A stretch of 35,175 nt of DNA from a virus (taxonomy: Duplodnaviria; Caudoviricetes), in IMG/VR virus record IMGVR_UViG_3300038312_000113, positions 1 to 35,175 of that record; one strand, given 5' to 3'. A program made the position numbers and the translations under genes. Below are positions 26,764 to 35,175 of the stretch, one piece after another. Position 1 is the first letter of the stretch; every line of letters begins with the position of its first letter. The notes under the pieces are model-generated. The model was not told the DNA's origin. It did no database searches and was given only the letters and a program-made list of their open reading frames with translations.

Positions 26764-27072
26764 ATGACTGTACCAGAAATAAAAACCCGCCTGGGAATAC
26801 CGGTAGATGACCTCAGCCAGGACGACCTGCTTGCCCTTATACTGGCCGACTCACAAGCCTTTTTCAAAGATTATTGCAACCGGGAGGACGTTCCGGTCGA
26901 GGCTGAATCAGTGGTGGTCAGGCTAGCCGTGGTGCTCTATGACCGCAACGCTGACCGATATAAACAGGGAGGAACTACAGGAGCATATTCGACCACAAAC
27001 TTTGGAGACGATGACATCCCCAAGAGTATCAAGAGCCAGCTGCGGCGTTACCGGGTGGTGAAGTTCCTATGA
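26764..27072 (+). CDS. head-tail connector (gp15-like adaptor)
   Basis: DDLLALIL.......DYCNR...IPKSI..QL.RYR; position after capsid. Confidence 0.75.
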   Translation: MTVPEIKTRLGIPVDDLSQDDLLALILADSQAFFKDYCNREDVPVEAESVVVRLAVVLYDRNADRYKQGGTTGAYSTTNFGDDDIPKSIKSQLRRYRVVKFL

Positions 27073-27386
27073 TACCTGTCAGTAAACTCCCCTATTCTGT
27101 CGAGGTTCAGTCCAAGACTACCAGTTATGACTCCGAAGGGGTACCTACGGAATCCTGGAAGAAGGCGGCAACCATCAGGGCAGACATTCAGCCCCTGGGC
27201 GGTGAACTTGCTGAGAGGCAATATGGAATAGTTGAGACGGGTATTACTTCCCGAATGTTTTGCAATCCCTCGGATGCTGTTCAACTGGCCAGGCGGGTGG
27301 TGCATGACAGTAGGAACTATGAGATACGCTATGTAGCCGCTTATCGGGGTCACATGGAAATATTGCTCAGACCTGAGGTGATATGA
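27069..27386 (+). CDS. head closure protein (gp16-like)
   Basis: YDSEG.P.ESW......ADIQP..G...YEI; position. Confidence 0.75.
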   Translation: MIPVSKLPYSVEVQSKTTSYDSEGVPTESWKKAATIRADIQPLGGELAERQYGIVETGITSRMFCNPSDAVQLARRVVHDSRNYEIRYVAAYRGHMEILLRPEVI

Positions 27387-28838
27387 TGGCAGAGGTAAAA
27401 TGGTATGGCGATAAGGTAATAAAGAGCATGGAAGATGCCATCAGTAAGGCACTGGAAGCCTCTGCCCTTGTTGTAGAGGGAGCCGCTAAGAACCTAGCCC
27501 CGGTTGATACTGGCAACCTGCGGAACTCTATCACCCACGAGGTGGAAAAGAAAGAGGCCCGGGTGGGCACCAATGTGGAATATGCGGTAGACGTATGCCG
27601 CCCTCAATGGCGACATTGAGGTAAAAATCGGGCAATATCGGTGGAACCTAAACCTTTTAGGAACAAATGTTATAAACATATATAGAGTGTGGTACAATAT
27701 CAATGGGAGGTGTACCACATGAGAGAAGATTTAACAGGCCGTAAGTATGGAAGGTTAACTGTTGTCGAATTAGACAAAACCCGAAGTAAGCGTAAAAGTT
27801 ATTGGGTATGCCAGTGTGAATGTGGTAATACAAAAACAGTGCGAAGTGATAGCATTAAAGCCGGGGCTATTCAATCCTGCGGATGCTTGAAGGATGAACA
27901 AGACCGCATTAATTTAACTAAACACCATTCCCATAAGATGAGCAAAACAAGGCTATACCATACTTGGCAAGGAATAAAGAAACGTTGTAATAGCCTAGAT
28001 GATGCCAGTTATCCAAGATATGGCGGCAGGGGCATAACTGTTTGTAAAGAATGGGAGTCTAGTTTTGAAAGCTTTATGGAATGGGCTCTTAATAACGGTT
28101 ATTCAGATACCCTAACTATTGACCGGATAGACAACAACGGCAACTATGAACCTTCTAATTGTAGGTGGACAGGGCCTAAAGCACAAGCTAGAAATAGACG
28201 TAGTAATATCAAGGTTAGATACAACGGTAAATCTATAACCTTAATGGAACTGTCCGAAATTACAGGGCTAAATTACGGTATTTTAAGCGCGAGATATGAC
28301 CGAGGAGACAGGGGGAAAAGATTGTTGCGAGCTCCGGGAAAAGATAGGGACACCCAGATAGGAACAAAAAACTGCAACAATAAGATTGATGAAGCCACGG
28401 CAAGTGAAATTAAGGAGCGCCTCAGTAAAGGAGAAGTGGCAACCATTATTGCCCGTGACCTTGGGATATCGAAGTATATAGTTTATGACATTAAGCGAGG
28501 CAGAACATGGAATTGGCTCTAAATGGCATGGCAATACCGAGATAATTCAAGGAGTTAAAGGACCTTGAACATCGTAACGCATAGGCGGTGATCCTGCATT
28601 GCAGAATATAATCCGCCCACGAGTGCCCGACAACCCATGAGGTTGAAAATGTATGCTGACCTCATAGGAAACTATGAGAAGTAAGGGATAAAAAGCCCTT
28701 ACGGTAACAAAATGATACGTCGAACTCGGAACCGTCAAAATGGCCGCCCAGCCCTATCTTAACCCGGCCCTGGAGAAAAATAAGGGCAACATCAAAAAGA
28801 TCTTCGCCGATGCCCTGAAGGAGGCGGGGAAAGATTGA
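27383..28838 (+). CDS. HK97 gp10-like tail component split by a group I intron; exons 27383-27588 and 28715-28838 (109 aa)
   Basis: Joined exons read AKNLAPVDTGNLRNSI...VGTNVEYAVYVELGTVKMAAQPYLNPAL, the family motif. Confidence 0.88.
27688..27719 (+). promoter_or_regulatory. intron-internal extended -10 promoter overlapped by a hairpin enclosing the RBS
   Basis: TGTG-G-TACAAT 27688-27698; inverted repeat TGTGGTACA 27688-27696 / TGTACCACA 27711-27719 around GGGAGG. Confidence 0.65.
27719..28522 (+). CDS. intron-encoded HNH-type homing endonuclease with C-terminal HTH domains
   Basis: DLTG.KYGRLTV, W.C.C.CG, SCGC, YGGRGI.VC.EW, TIDRIDNNGNYEPSNCRW; C-terminal IARDLGISKYIVYDIKRGRTW. Confidence 0.88.
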   Translation: MREDLTGRKYGRLTVVELDKTRSKRKSYWVCQCECGNTKTVRSDSIKAGAIQSCGCLKDEQDRINLTKHHSHKMSKTRLYHTWQGIKKRCNSLDDASYPRYGGRGITVCKEWESSFESFMEWALNNGYSDTLTIDRIDNNGNYEPSNCRWTGPKAQARNRRSNIKVRYNGKSITLMELSEITGLNYGILSARYDRGDRGKRLLRAPGKDRDTQIGTKNCNNKIDEATASEIKERLSKGEVATIIARDLGISKYIVYDIKRGRTWNWL

Positions 28839-29191
28839 AGAACGTAAAACCTGATATAGTATCAGCCCTGAAAAATAACCCTACCCTATCTAGCTTAATA
28901 GCCGGCAGGGTTATTTTTATGTCTCTTCCGGATGAACCGGAATTTCCCTGCATCACCTACTATGAGCAGAACAATTCCCCTGCTCTGGTTGGTGATGGCC
29001 GTGAACTGACAACCGAATCCGTAATGGTCATTGATGTTTGGTCAAAAGGCAGTACAACCGCAATAGCTCAGGCCGTGGATAATATCATGGCTGGCCTGCA
29101 CTTTGTCCGGGAGTTTGCTGGAGACCTGTATGAAACCGATACTGGCGTGTACCACAAATCAATGCGGTACAGAAATAAATCAAGGAGGTAA
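28835..29191 (+). CDS. tail completion/terminator protein
   Basis: FPCITYYE, IDVWS, YETDTGVYHKSMRY; precedes the major tail gene. Confidence 0.75.
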   Translation: MKNVKPDIVSALKNNPTLSSLIAGRVIFMSLPDEPEFPCITYYEQNNSPALVGDGRELTTESVMVIDVWSKGSTTAIAQAVDNIMAGLHFVREFAGDLYETDTGVYHKSMRYRNKSRR

Positions 29192-29196
29192 AAATT

Positions 29197-30069
29197 ATGC
29201 CATTAGCAACCGAATCCGTAATCCTGGGCATCGATGATGCTAAAATGTTTCCCCTCACTGTTGATGATTCGACGGCTCTTACATACGGAGAAGCAGTGGA
29301 CATTCCCGGTATTACCAGCCTAAAGGTCACCCCCTCATTCGTAGAGAAGGAATTGCGTGGCGATGAGTCCATACTGGACCAGTATGGCAAACTTGATTTC
29401 ATTGACTGGGCGTTTGAGAACTCCATGTTGAGTCTGGATGCACTGGCTATCCTGATTGGCGGTGATGTAACGTCTTCTGGGGAAACTCCCAATCAGACCC
29501 AGACCTATAAACTGAACAAGTCCCATAAGCCTGGTTATTTTAAATTGGAAGGCAAGTCCGACTATACCGACGTTGGAGACGCTCATGTGGTCCTATACAA
29601 ATGCAAGGCAAACAAAGTTGAATATAGCTTTGTTGGCGAGGACTACGCAAAGGTTTCCGCTGGAGGCAGGGCCATACCGACTAAGAATAATGGTGATATT
29701 AAAGATTTGGTATTCAATGAGACTGGTGTCGATATTACTACTGGATCTGCGCCTGGTGCTTTGACTGTAACTACCAGCCCTGCTGATGGAGGCGCTAGTG
29801 TAGCTGTTGACTCCAACATTACTTGGACTTTCAGCAACGCAATCAGCCCGAGTGATGTATCGGCTGCAAACTTTACCGTAACCAAGGCCGACGGAACTGC
29901 AGTTGATGGTACCCTGAGCATTGACTCTACCAAGAAGATTGTATCTTTTGATCCGACCAGTAATCTGGATGCTTCCAGCACCTACATCGCCATTGCAACC
30001 ATTGGAGTACATGATATATATGGCCAGGCATTGGCGGCTAACAACGTGATTGATTTTGGGACTGCATAA
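29197..30069 (+). CDS. major tail protein with C-terminal Ig-like (Big_5-like) domain
   Basis: Tube-like N-terminus (GIDDAK, ELRGD, YFKLEG); SPADG....VDSNITWTFS...F.PTSNL.....Y...V.DIYG..L. Confidence 0.85.
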   Translation: MPLATESVILGIDDAKMFPLTVDDSTALTYGEAVDIPGITSLKVTPSFVEKELRGDESILDQYGKLDFIDWAFENSMLSLDALAILIGGDVTSSGETPNQTQTYKLNKSHKPGYFKLEGKSDYTDVGDAHVVLYKCKANKVEYSFVGEDYAKVSAGGRAIPTKNNGDIKDLVFNETGVDITTGSAPGALTVTTSPADGGASVAVDSNITWTFSNAISPSDVSAANFTVTKADGTAVDGTLSIDSTKKIVSFDPTSNLDASSTYIAIATIGVHDIYGQALAANNVIDFGTA

Positions 30070-30073
30070 TGAC

Positions 30074-30101
30074 CGGGCGGGGCAAACCCGCCTTGTTAAT
30101 T
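30074..30101 (+). terminator. hairpin after the major tail gene
   Basis: GGCGGG-gcaaa-CCCGCC followed by TTGTTAATTT. Confidence 0.55.
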
Positions 30102-30113
30102 TGAGGAGGACAT

Positions 30114-30449
30114 ATGATGGCTAATGTAAAAGATTTTGATGCCTTCTGGGCAGAGCAAAATCAGGAGAATATCCCTTTCAAAATATTTGGACAGACTGAG
30201 TACCTGCCCCCTTCCCTGCCGGCTTTAATGGTTTTGAAGATAATAAAGATGCAGAAGGAATACGGGAAAAAGGATATACCCGAATCTGAGCTGTTTGGCC
30301 TGGCTACCTCGATCTTCGGCGTGGGTAAGCTGGATGAATGGTGCAGCAAAGGCCTTACTGTTGACCAATTGACTGACTTAATTAGTTGGGCTATGGAACA
30401 ATATAACCCGGGAAACCCACAAGCCCCGGAGGTAAAGGGGCAAGCATAG
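30114..30449 (+). CDS. tail assembly chaperone (gpG-like)
   Basis: Between major tail and tape measure genes; contains in-frame G GGA AAC. Confidence 0.8.
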   Translation: MMANVKDFDAFWAEQNQENIPFKIFGQTEYLPPSLPALMVLKIIKMQKEYGKKDIPESELFGLATSIFGVGKLDEWCSKGLTVDQLTDLISWAMEQYNPGNPQAPEVKGQA

Positions 30450-30670
30450 ATATACTCGAAAATTGGGCCTACATTGAGGCCGACTTCCAAAGAGAATACG
30501 GAATGAACCTGATGGAATCGCTTCCAGGCATGAACTGGAGGCGGTTTTCTGTTTTGTTGAAAAGTTTGGGGCCTAATTCCGCTTTTGTGTTGGTGAACAG
30601 CGGCGAGAGTAAAGAAAAGACCCCCGCATCGGGTAAGAAGCAAGCTATAAAAGCACTGGCAGGGTGGTGA
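30410..30670 (+). CDS. -1 frameshift extension of the tail chaperone (gpGT-like, Gp15-like domain)
   Basis: Slippery GGGAAAC 30410-30416; -1 frame open to TGA 30668-30670 (WAYIEADFQREYGMNL...MNWRRF..LL..L). Confidence 0.85.
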   Translation, partial: GKPTSPGGKGASIDILENWAYIEADFQREYGMNLMESLPGMNWRRFSVLLKSLGPNSAFVLVNSGESKEKTPASGKKQAIKALAGW

Positions 30671-30674
30671 GATT

Positions 30675-33479
30675 ATGCAAGTTGGAGAACTTTGGGTAAA
30701 GATCGGTGGCAGGAACGATGACCTCAAGGCATCTATGTCCCAAGCTGAGAAAGCAGCAAAAGATGCTGCGGGCAGGCTGGAGAAGTCCAGCCAGGCATTG
30801 TTAAAAACAGTCACAGTCGCAGCTACGGCCGCCGCCGCCGCAATAACGGCTATCGGAGTGAAGTCAATTGAGGCTGCTGCCAATTCCCGCGCTATCGAAG
30901 CCCAATTCGAGCAGGTATTTGGCAACGTCCAACAAACCGCTCAAGATGCGGTAGAAGAATTGGGGAACACATTTGGGATGTTGCCCAATAGACTGAAAGG
31001 CCCGTTTACAACTACGACCTCCATGTTTAAAGGCCTGGGATACGATACTCAAGAAGCTATGAAGATGGCAGAGCAAGGGGTTACAATAGCCGCAGATGCC
31101 GCTGCGTTTTATGACAAAAGCTATGAGGATGCCAACGCGGCTCTAAACAGCTTTATAAAAGGCAACTATGAAGGCGGTGAAGCTATAGGGCTTTTTGGCA
31201 ATGAGACCCAGATAGCCGCCTACGCTTCAGATAAGTTGGGTATTAGCTGGAAGGATGCGGGTGAGGCTCAGAAGCAGTTAGCGCGGCTGGAATATGCCAA
31301 GGCAATGCAGGAAGCCGCAGGGGCTACAGGACAAGCGGCTAGAGAATCAGAGGGATACCAGAACCAACTAGGTAACCTTAAGCAGGGCTGGACTGATTTC
31401 TTGGCTGTTATAGGGACACCTTTGCTAGAACCTGTCGTTAATGCGCTCAAAGGTCTGACCGAGCATCTGTCCACACTCAGAGACTTGGTGACCGATGAAG
31501 GCTTGGCCGGAGCTATAGAGAAGATAATTCCGGATTGGCTGGAGGGCGCTATCTTCGCTGTCGCCGGAGCTATCACTGTCGCCATAATTCCAGCTCTTAT
31601 AGGCATGGCGACGGCAGCCTGGGCGGCGGTTGCACCATTGTTACCATTTCTCGCCGCCGGAGCTGCTATCGGGGCACTGGCCTACCTGATTATTAAAAAC
31701 TGGGGACCTATCAAAGGCTTTTTCCTTAACCTATGGACCGGCGTTGTTGATAAATGGAATGGATTCAAGAACTCAGTAATGGAAATATTTGCGGGCATCA
31801 AAGCATCGGTACTCGAGGTTGTAAACGGTGCAATCCAATGGGGCCGGGATTTAGTACAGGGTTTTATAAACGGAATTCAAGAAAAGCTGGCAGCTGTGCA
31901 GCAAGTAGCCAGTAACCTGGCCAATAGTATCAAAGAAAGAATAAATAATCCTTTTGATTTCGGATCCCCATCCAAAGTCATGAAACAGTTTGGCAAATGG
32001 GTAGCAGAGGGTTTGACGGTAGGTATGGAAGAAGGTACTGATAAGGCGGCCGAAGCGGCTCAGAAGCTATCCCAGGCCATAACCGATGCTGTGCAGACAA
32101 TGAATCTTAGCCTGACAAACACCCTAGATCTGACCGTAGCAAGGCTCGATCTGGAAGCCATGAAGCTATCTGATAACGCCACCGAGACCGAAAAGCTCAA
32201 TATCGAGTTAAAGAAACTCAACGCTGAAAAGGATGCTCAAATAGAAAAGATTGAGGTTATTACAGCGGCCTATGAGATGGCTAAAGAGAAACTGGGCGAG
32301 AATAATGAGACCACCCGCCAATATGCTCAAGAATTACAGCTGGCCCAGGTAGAGCTGGAAAAGACGGAAGTATCCATCAAGAAGATGAGCGTAGCAATTG
32401 ATAAGTCCGTGGAAGCCCAGGTTACTGCGCTCAATAGTCTAGCTGACGAAATTACGGCTGTAGAAGAAAAGTACCGGGATGACCTGGCGTCAGCTATGGA
32501 GGACTATCAAGAGAAGGTTCAGCGGGTCAATGAAAAGCTTATCCAGGATGAACAAAACGTCACCCAGCAGTACGAGAATGCTTTGGCGTCCAGGGCCGAC
32601 GCTCTCAGCAATTTTGTTGGCCTATTTGACCAGGTAAGTAACAAGAATGTGTCGGGGGCCTCTCTCTTGGCCAACCTGCAGGGACAAGTAGACAGCTTCG
32701 AGGGCTGGTCAGCAAATATAGCAACCCTGGCCGCCCGAGGTGTGGACGAAGGCCTGATCGAAGAACTCAGGCAGATGGGGCCTAAAGCTGGCCCTGAGAT
32801 AGCAGCTCTTAATACCTTGACGGATGAACAATTACAGCAGTATGTCGCCCTTTGGAAAGAAAAGAACCAAATGGCCAGACAAGAAGCATCTAACCAACTA
32901 GAGCAGCAGAGGGTTGAGATGGAGCAAAAACTTGAAGAGATCCGGGCCAATGCTTCTGAACAACTTGAACAGTACCGTCTCGAATGGGCAGAAAAGAATG
33001 CAGAAATTAAGAAGAATACTGACGAAGAGCTAACAAAGATACAGAACAAGTTCAAGGAATTAGCCAAGAACTCCACCAGATACGGCAAGGAATTTGTCAT
33101 GGGTTTTGTTACCGGCATGGAATCTAAATTTGATGATTTGCGAAAAGCTGTTGCAGAAATGGCGGCTATTGTTGATGGAGGGGTAACTGACCCTCTTGAA
33201 ATCGAGTCTCCTTCAAAACTGATGGCCTCTTACGGCAGATTTGTAATAGAGGGCTTTATGAATGGCATTAAGTCCAGTCTACCCAGACTTGAAAATGTCG
33301 TAGCAGGAATGGCAATGGTTACCCCGGCGACGCTTGGGCCTTCTATAAGTAACAGTACATCGTCCAGTTATTCCCCTTCCCTTATTATGCAGCCTGGGGC
33401 GATTCAAATTAACAGCAGTAACCCCCGTGAGGTTGAGGATGTCATTATGAGGGCATTGCATAAGGCTGGTATACGATAA
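30675..33479 (+). CDS. tape measure protein
   Basis: 934 aa, Ala-rich helical, hydrophobic central region, two SPSK motifs. Confidence 0.9.
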   Translation: MQVGELWVKIGGRNDDLKASMSQAEKAAKDAAGRLEKSSQALLKTVTVAATAAAAAITAIGVKSIEAAANSRAIEAQFEQVFGNVQQTAQDAVEELGNTFGMLPNRLKGPFTTTTSMFKGLGYDTQEAMKMAEQGVTIAADAAAFYDKSYEDANAALNSFIKGNYEGGEAIGLFGNETQIAAYASDKLGISWKDAGEAQKQLARLEYAKAMQEAAGATGQAARESEGYQNQLGNLKQGWTDFLAVIGTPLLEPVVNALKGLTEHLSTLRDLVTDEGLAGAIEKIIPDWLEGAIFAVAGAITVAIIPALIGMATAAWAAVAPLLPFLAAGAAIGALAYLIIKNWGPIKGFFLNLWTGVVDKWNGFKNSVMEIFAGIKASVLEVVNGAIQWGRDLVQGFINGIQEKLAAVQQVASNLANSIKERINNPFDFGSPSKVMKQFGKWVAEGLTVGMEEGTDKAAEAAQKLSQAITDAVQTMNLSLTNTLDLTVARLDLEAMKLSDNATETEKLNIELKKLNAEKDAQIEKIEVITAAYEMAKEKLGENNETTRQYAQELQLAQVELEKTEVSIKKMSVAIDKSVEAQVTALNSLADEITAVEEKYRDDLASAMEDYQEKVQRVNEKLIQDEQNVTQQYENALASRADALSNFVGLFDQVSNKNVSGASLLANLQGQVDSFEGWSANIATLAARGVDEGLIEELRQMGPKAGPEIAALNTLTDEQLQQYVALWKEKNQMARQEASNQLEQQRVEMEQKLEEIRANASEQLEQYRLEWAEKNAEIKKNTDEELTKIQNKFKELAKNSTRYGKEFVMGFVTGMESKFDDLRKAVAEMAAIVDGGVTDPLEIESPSKLMASYGRFVIEGFMNGIKSSLPRLENVVAGMAMVTPATLGPSISNSTSSSYSPSLIMQPGAIQINSSNPREVEDVIMRALHKAGIR

Positions 33480-33491
33480 GAGGTGATAAAC

Positions 33492-34952
33492 ATGGCCAGA
33501 CACCTATATGTAGCTGGGGTCGACCGATGGCCCCCGGCAAACGACAATCTAACTATTGAGCAGGCGTTGACCTACCAGATCGACACCTGTTCTTTTCATG
33601 TGGCTGGGACGCAACCTTCCGAGGGTGACGAGGTAATTATCGAGGATGATGATATAGGTCGCATGTTTGCTGGCATTATCGTTAAAGTTGAACTGGTGGA
33701 TAAAGATCTGAAGCTCTGGTCCGTCGACTGTGACGACTACACAGCGCTTTTAGACCGGCGTCTCGTAGTCGAGACCTACGAAGATATGCCCGCAGACGAA
33801 ATATTCCGGGACATCGTAGCAAAATATTGTCCCGGGTTTACCGTCAACGGTGTTCAATCCGGTGCACCTACCGTGGAAAGCACTGGCGCTGAATTTGAAT
33901 ACAAACGGCCATCTGAGTGCTTTAAATGGTTATGCGATTATGTGGGCTGGCACTGGCAGCCGGATTACTACAAAGACTTGCAGTTTTTCAGCGCCAGTGC
34001 CAGCCCTGCCCCGTTGGTATTAGTACCCGGTGGGCCGTTTCGGTTCGGGAAGCACAGCATCGATACCCAGGGGCTCAGGAACCGGGTATATGTTCGCGGC
34101 GGCACCATGTTAAGCGACCCCCAGACAGTACAATGGAAAGCTGACGGCGTGGCCCGGATCTGGACGCTCCCCTGGCCTCCGCACGAGGTCAGCCTGCAGG
34201 TGGGCGAGGTACCGAAGTCTGTTGGCGTTGAGAACCTGCACGAAGAAGCAGACTTCGACTACATGATGAGTTTTGCGGAGAAATATATAAGGTGCTCTGC
34301 TCAGACAGCGACCCCGGTCGAAGGTATCACAATGAGCCTGACGGCCAGGCAGGATATAGACGTGATCACGATGGTGGAGGATTACGCCAGCCAAGCGGCT
34401 ATAGCAGCCGTCCAAGGCGGGGACGGTATATACGAGCACGTGATACCCGATGATAGCCTGACCACTATAACGGCCGCAGAGGCTGCTGGTATGGCAGACC
34501 TTCGGGAACACGCAAATCCCCGGGTAAAGGGCTCATTTGAAACCGAAGTCCCTGGCTGGCAGCCCGGGCAAATAGCAAATGTAAATCTGCCTGACCGGGG
34601 TGTGGTCGGTGAATACCTGGTGCAGCGGGTAACCCTTACACCGACCTGGGCGAATCCTAGCATCTGGACGTACCGCATTGAATATGGTGGCCGCCTGCTG
34701 GGCATAGCAGACTTTCTCAAAGCGCTGGTCAGTGCACAGCAAAAGAAGCAGATGGTCGAAACCGCCATCCTGAGCAAGTTTAACCGGCAGACGGAAACCG
34801 TCGGGGTATCTGACACAATGACAGACACGCCCAGAAATCTGCCGTATGTCTGCGGTGCTCCTGATGCAATATGCGGGTTCGTGATGCTTGATAGCGGTGG
34901 TGATTGGGCATTCCTTGGTAGTATGCCCGTAGCAAGGGGGAATTGGGATTGA
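33492..34952 (+). CDS. tail-tip/baseplate hub-like protein
   Basis: Follows the tape measure gene; NRVYVRGG, PGWQPGQ...V..V motifs; GAGGTG RBS before ATG 33492. Confidence 0.65.
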   Translation: MARHLYVAGVDRWPPANDNLTIEQALTYQIDTCSFHVAGTQPSEGDEVIIEDDDIGRMFAGIIVKVELVDKDLKLWSVDCDDYTALLDRRLVVETYEDMPADEIFRDIVAKYCPGFTVNGVQSGAPTVESTGAEFEYKRPSECFKWLCDYVGWHWQPDYYKDLQFFSASASPAPLVLVPGGPFRFGKHSIDTQGLRNRVYVRGGTMLSDPQTVQWKADGVARIWTLPWPPHEVSLQVGEVPKSVGVENLHEEADFDYMMSFAEKYIRCSAQTATPVEGITMSLTARQDIDVITMVEDYASQAAIAAVQGGDGIYEHVIPDDSLTTITAAEAAGMADLREHANPRVKGSFETEVPGWQPGQIANVNLPDRGVVGEYLVQRVTLTPTWANPSIWTYRIEYGGRLLGIADFLKALVSAQQKKQMVETAILSKFNRQTETVGVSDTMTDTPRNLPYVCGAPDAICGFVMLDSGGDWAFLGSMPVARGNWD

Positions 34953-35113
34953 ATAGCGTAGAAATATTAACCGGGAGCAATCAGGTAGGTGCTATGACCG
35001 GACAAAACACAATAGACCTTCCCGGTGGTGGCTTATTCCAGGTGAATATAACCTGGTATTTTTTATCCCCGAATTTCCCCGTTTGCGTATATGAGGAGGT
35101 GGCCCGGGAGTGA
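34949..35113 (+). CDS. 54-aa tail-module protein (MNSVEILTGSN...) running into the terminal repeat; not in ORF track
   Basis: AAGGGGG RBS; TTGA overlap with the upstream stop and GTGA overlap with the BppU-like start. Confidence 0.55.
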   Translation: MNSVEILTGSNQVGAMTGQNTIDLPGGGLFQVNITWYFLSPNFPVCVYEEVARE

Positions 35114-35175
35114 CGACGATAAATATAAAGCAGGATGATACCCAGCCGGCCATGAAGGCGAGGCTCAAAGACGCC
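35077..35175. repeat. 99-bp terminal direct repeat, right copy
   Basis: Identical to 1-99. Confidence 0.95.

Larger units (their letters stand above)
27589..28714 (+). mobile_element. group I self-splicing intron (1126 nt) carrying an HNH gene
   Basis: Exon ends in U; P1 GCGGU/GCCGC with U.G pair; P10 GACGTAT/ATACGTC; P3 TCGGGCA/TGCCCGA; P7 GCATA/TATGC; P9 CTCATAG-gaaa-CTATGAG; terminal G at 28714. Confidence 0.9.

Noticed and set aside
27661-27672. LexA/Cheo-box-like GAACaaatGTTA upstream of the HNH promoter
   Set aside because: Mismatch in the conserved GTTC half and no supporting second site.
29010-29222. 16-bp direct repeat CAACCGAATCCGTAAT at 29010 and 29207
   Set aside because: A single pair inside coding sequence, both encoding TESV; compatible with chance or an old duplication, with no further copies noticed.
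30161-30925. Long antisense ORFs over structural or replication genes (also 1135-1848, 8234-8878, 32519-33118)
   Set aside because: No RBS, promoter or recognisable motifs; typical shadow frames, unlike the intein antisense ORF.

Overview
The window looks like a complete ~35.1 kb genome of an SPP1-like siphophage of a Bacillota (probably Clostridia) host. Bases 1-99 are repeated exactly at 35077-35175, and a small ORF reads across the join. The modules are tail tip/fibre, lysis, a small leftward accessory block with an operator array, early genes, replication (DUF2800-like nuclease, SSB, family A polymerase, VapE primase-helicase, iteron region, VRR-NUC, SNF2 helicase), late activator, terminases, head and tail. 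I recognised no integrase. Four features stand out. (1) An intein in the gp7-like minor head protein carries its Vsr/DUF559-like endonuclease on the antisense strand, with its own promoter, RBS and start codon written into the intein's C-terminal splicing region. (2) The SNF2 helicase Walker A motif reads GGT-TGA-GGT, a matched-codon stop-hop pattern that would restore DMGLGKT exactly. (3) An orphan IS200/IS605 TnpB omega-RNA/right end, bounded by TTGAT and TTCAA, lies in front of terS with no tnpA or tnpB gene. (4) A group I intron with an HNH gene splits the HK97 gp10-like tail gene. A canonical -1 frameshift in the tail chaperone is also visible. All calls come from reading motifs by eye; no searches were run.
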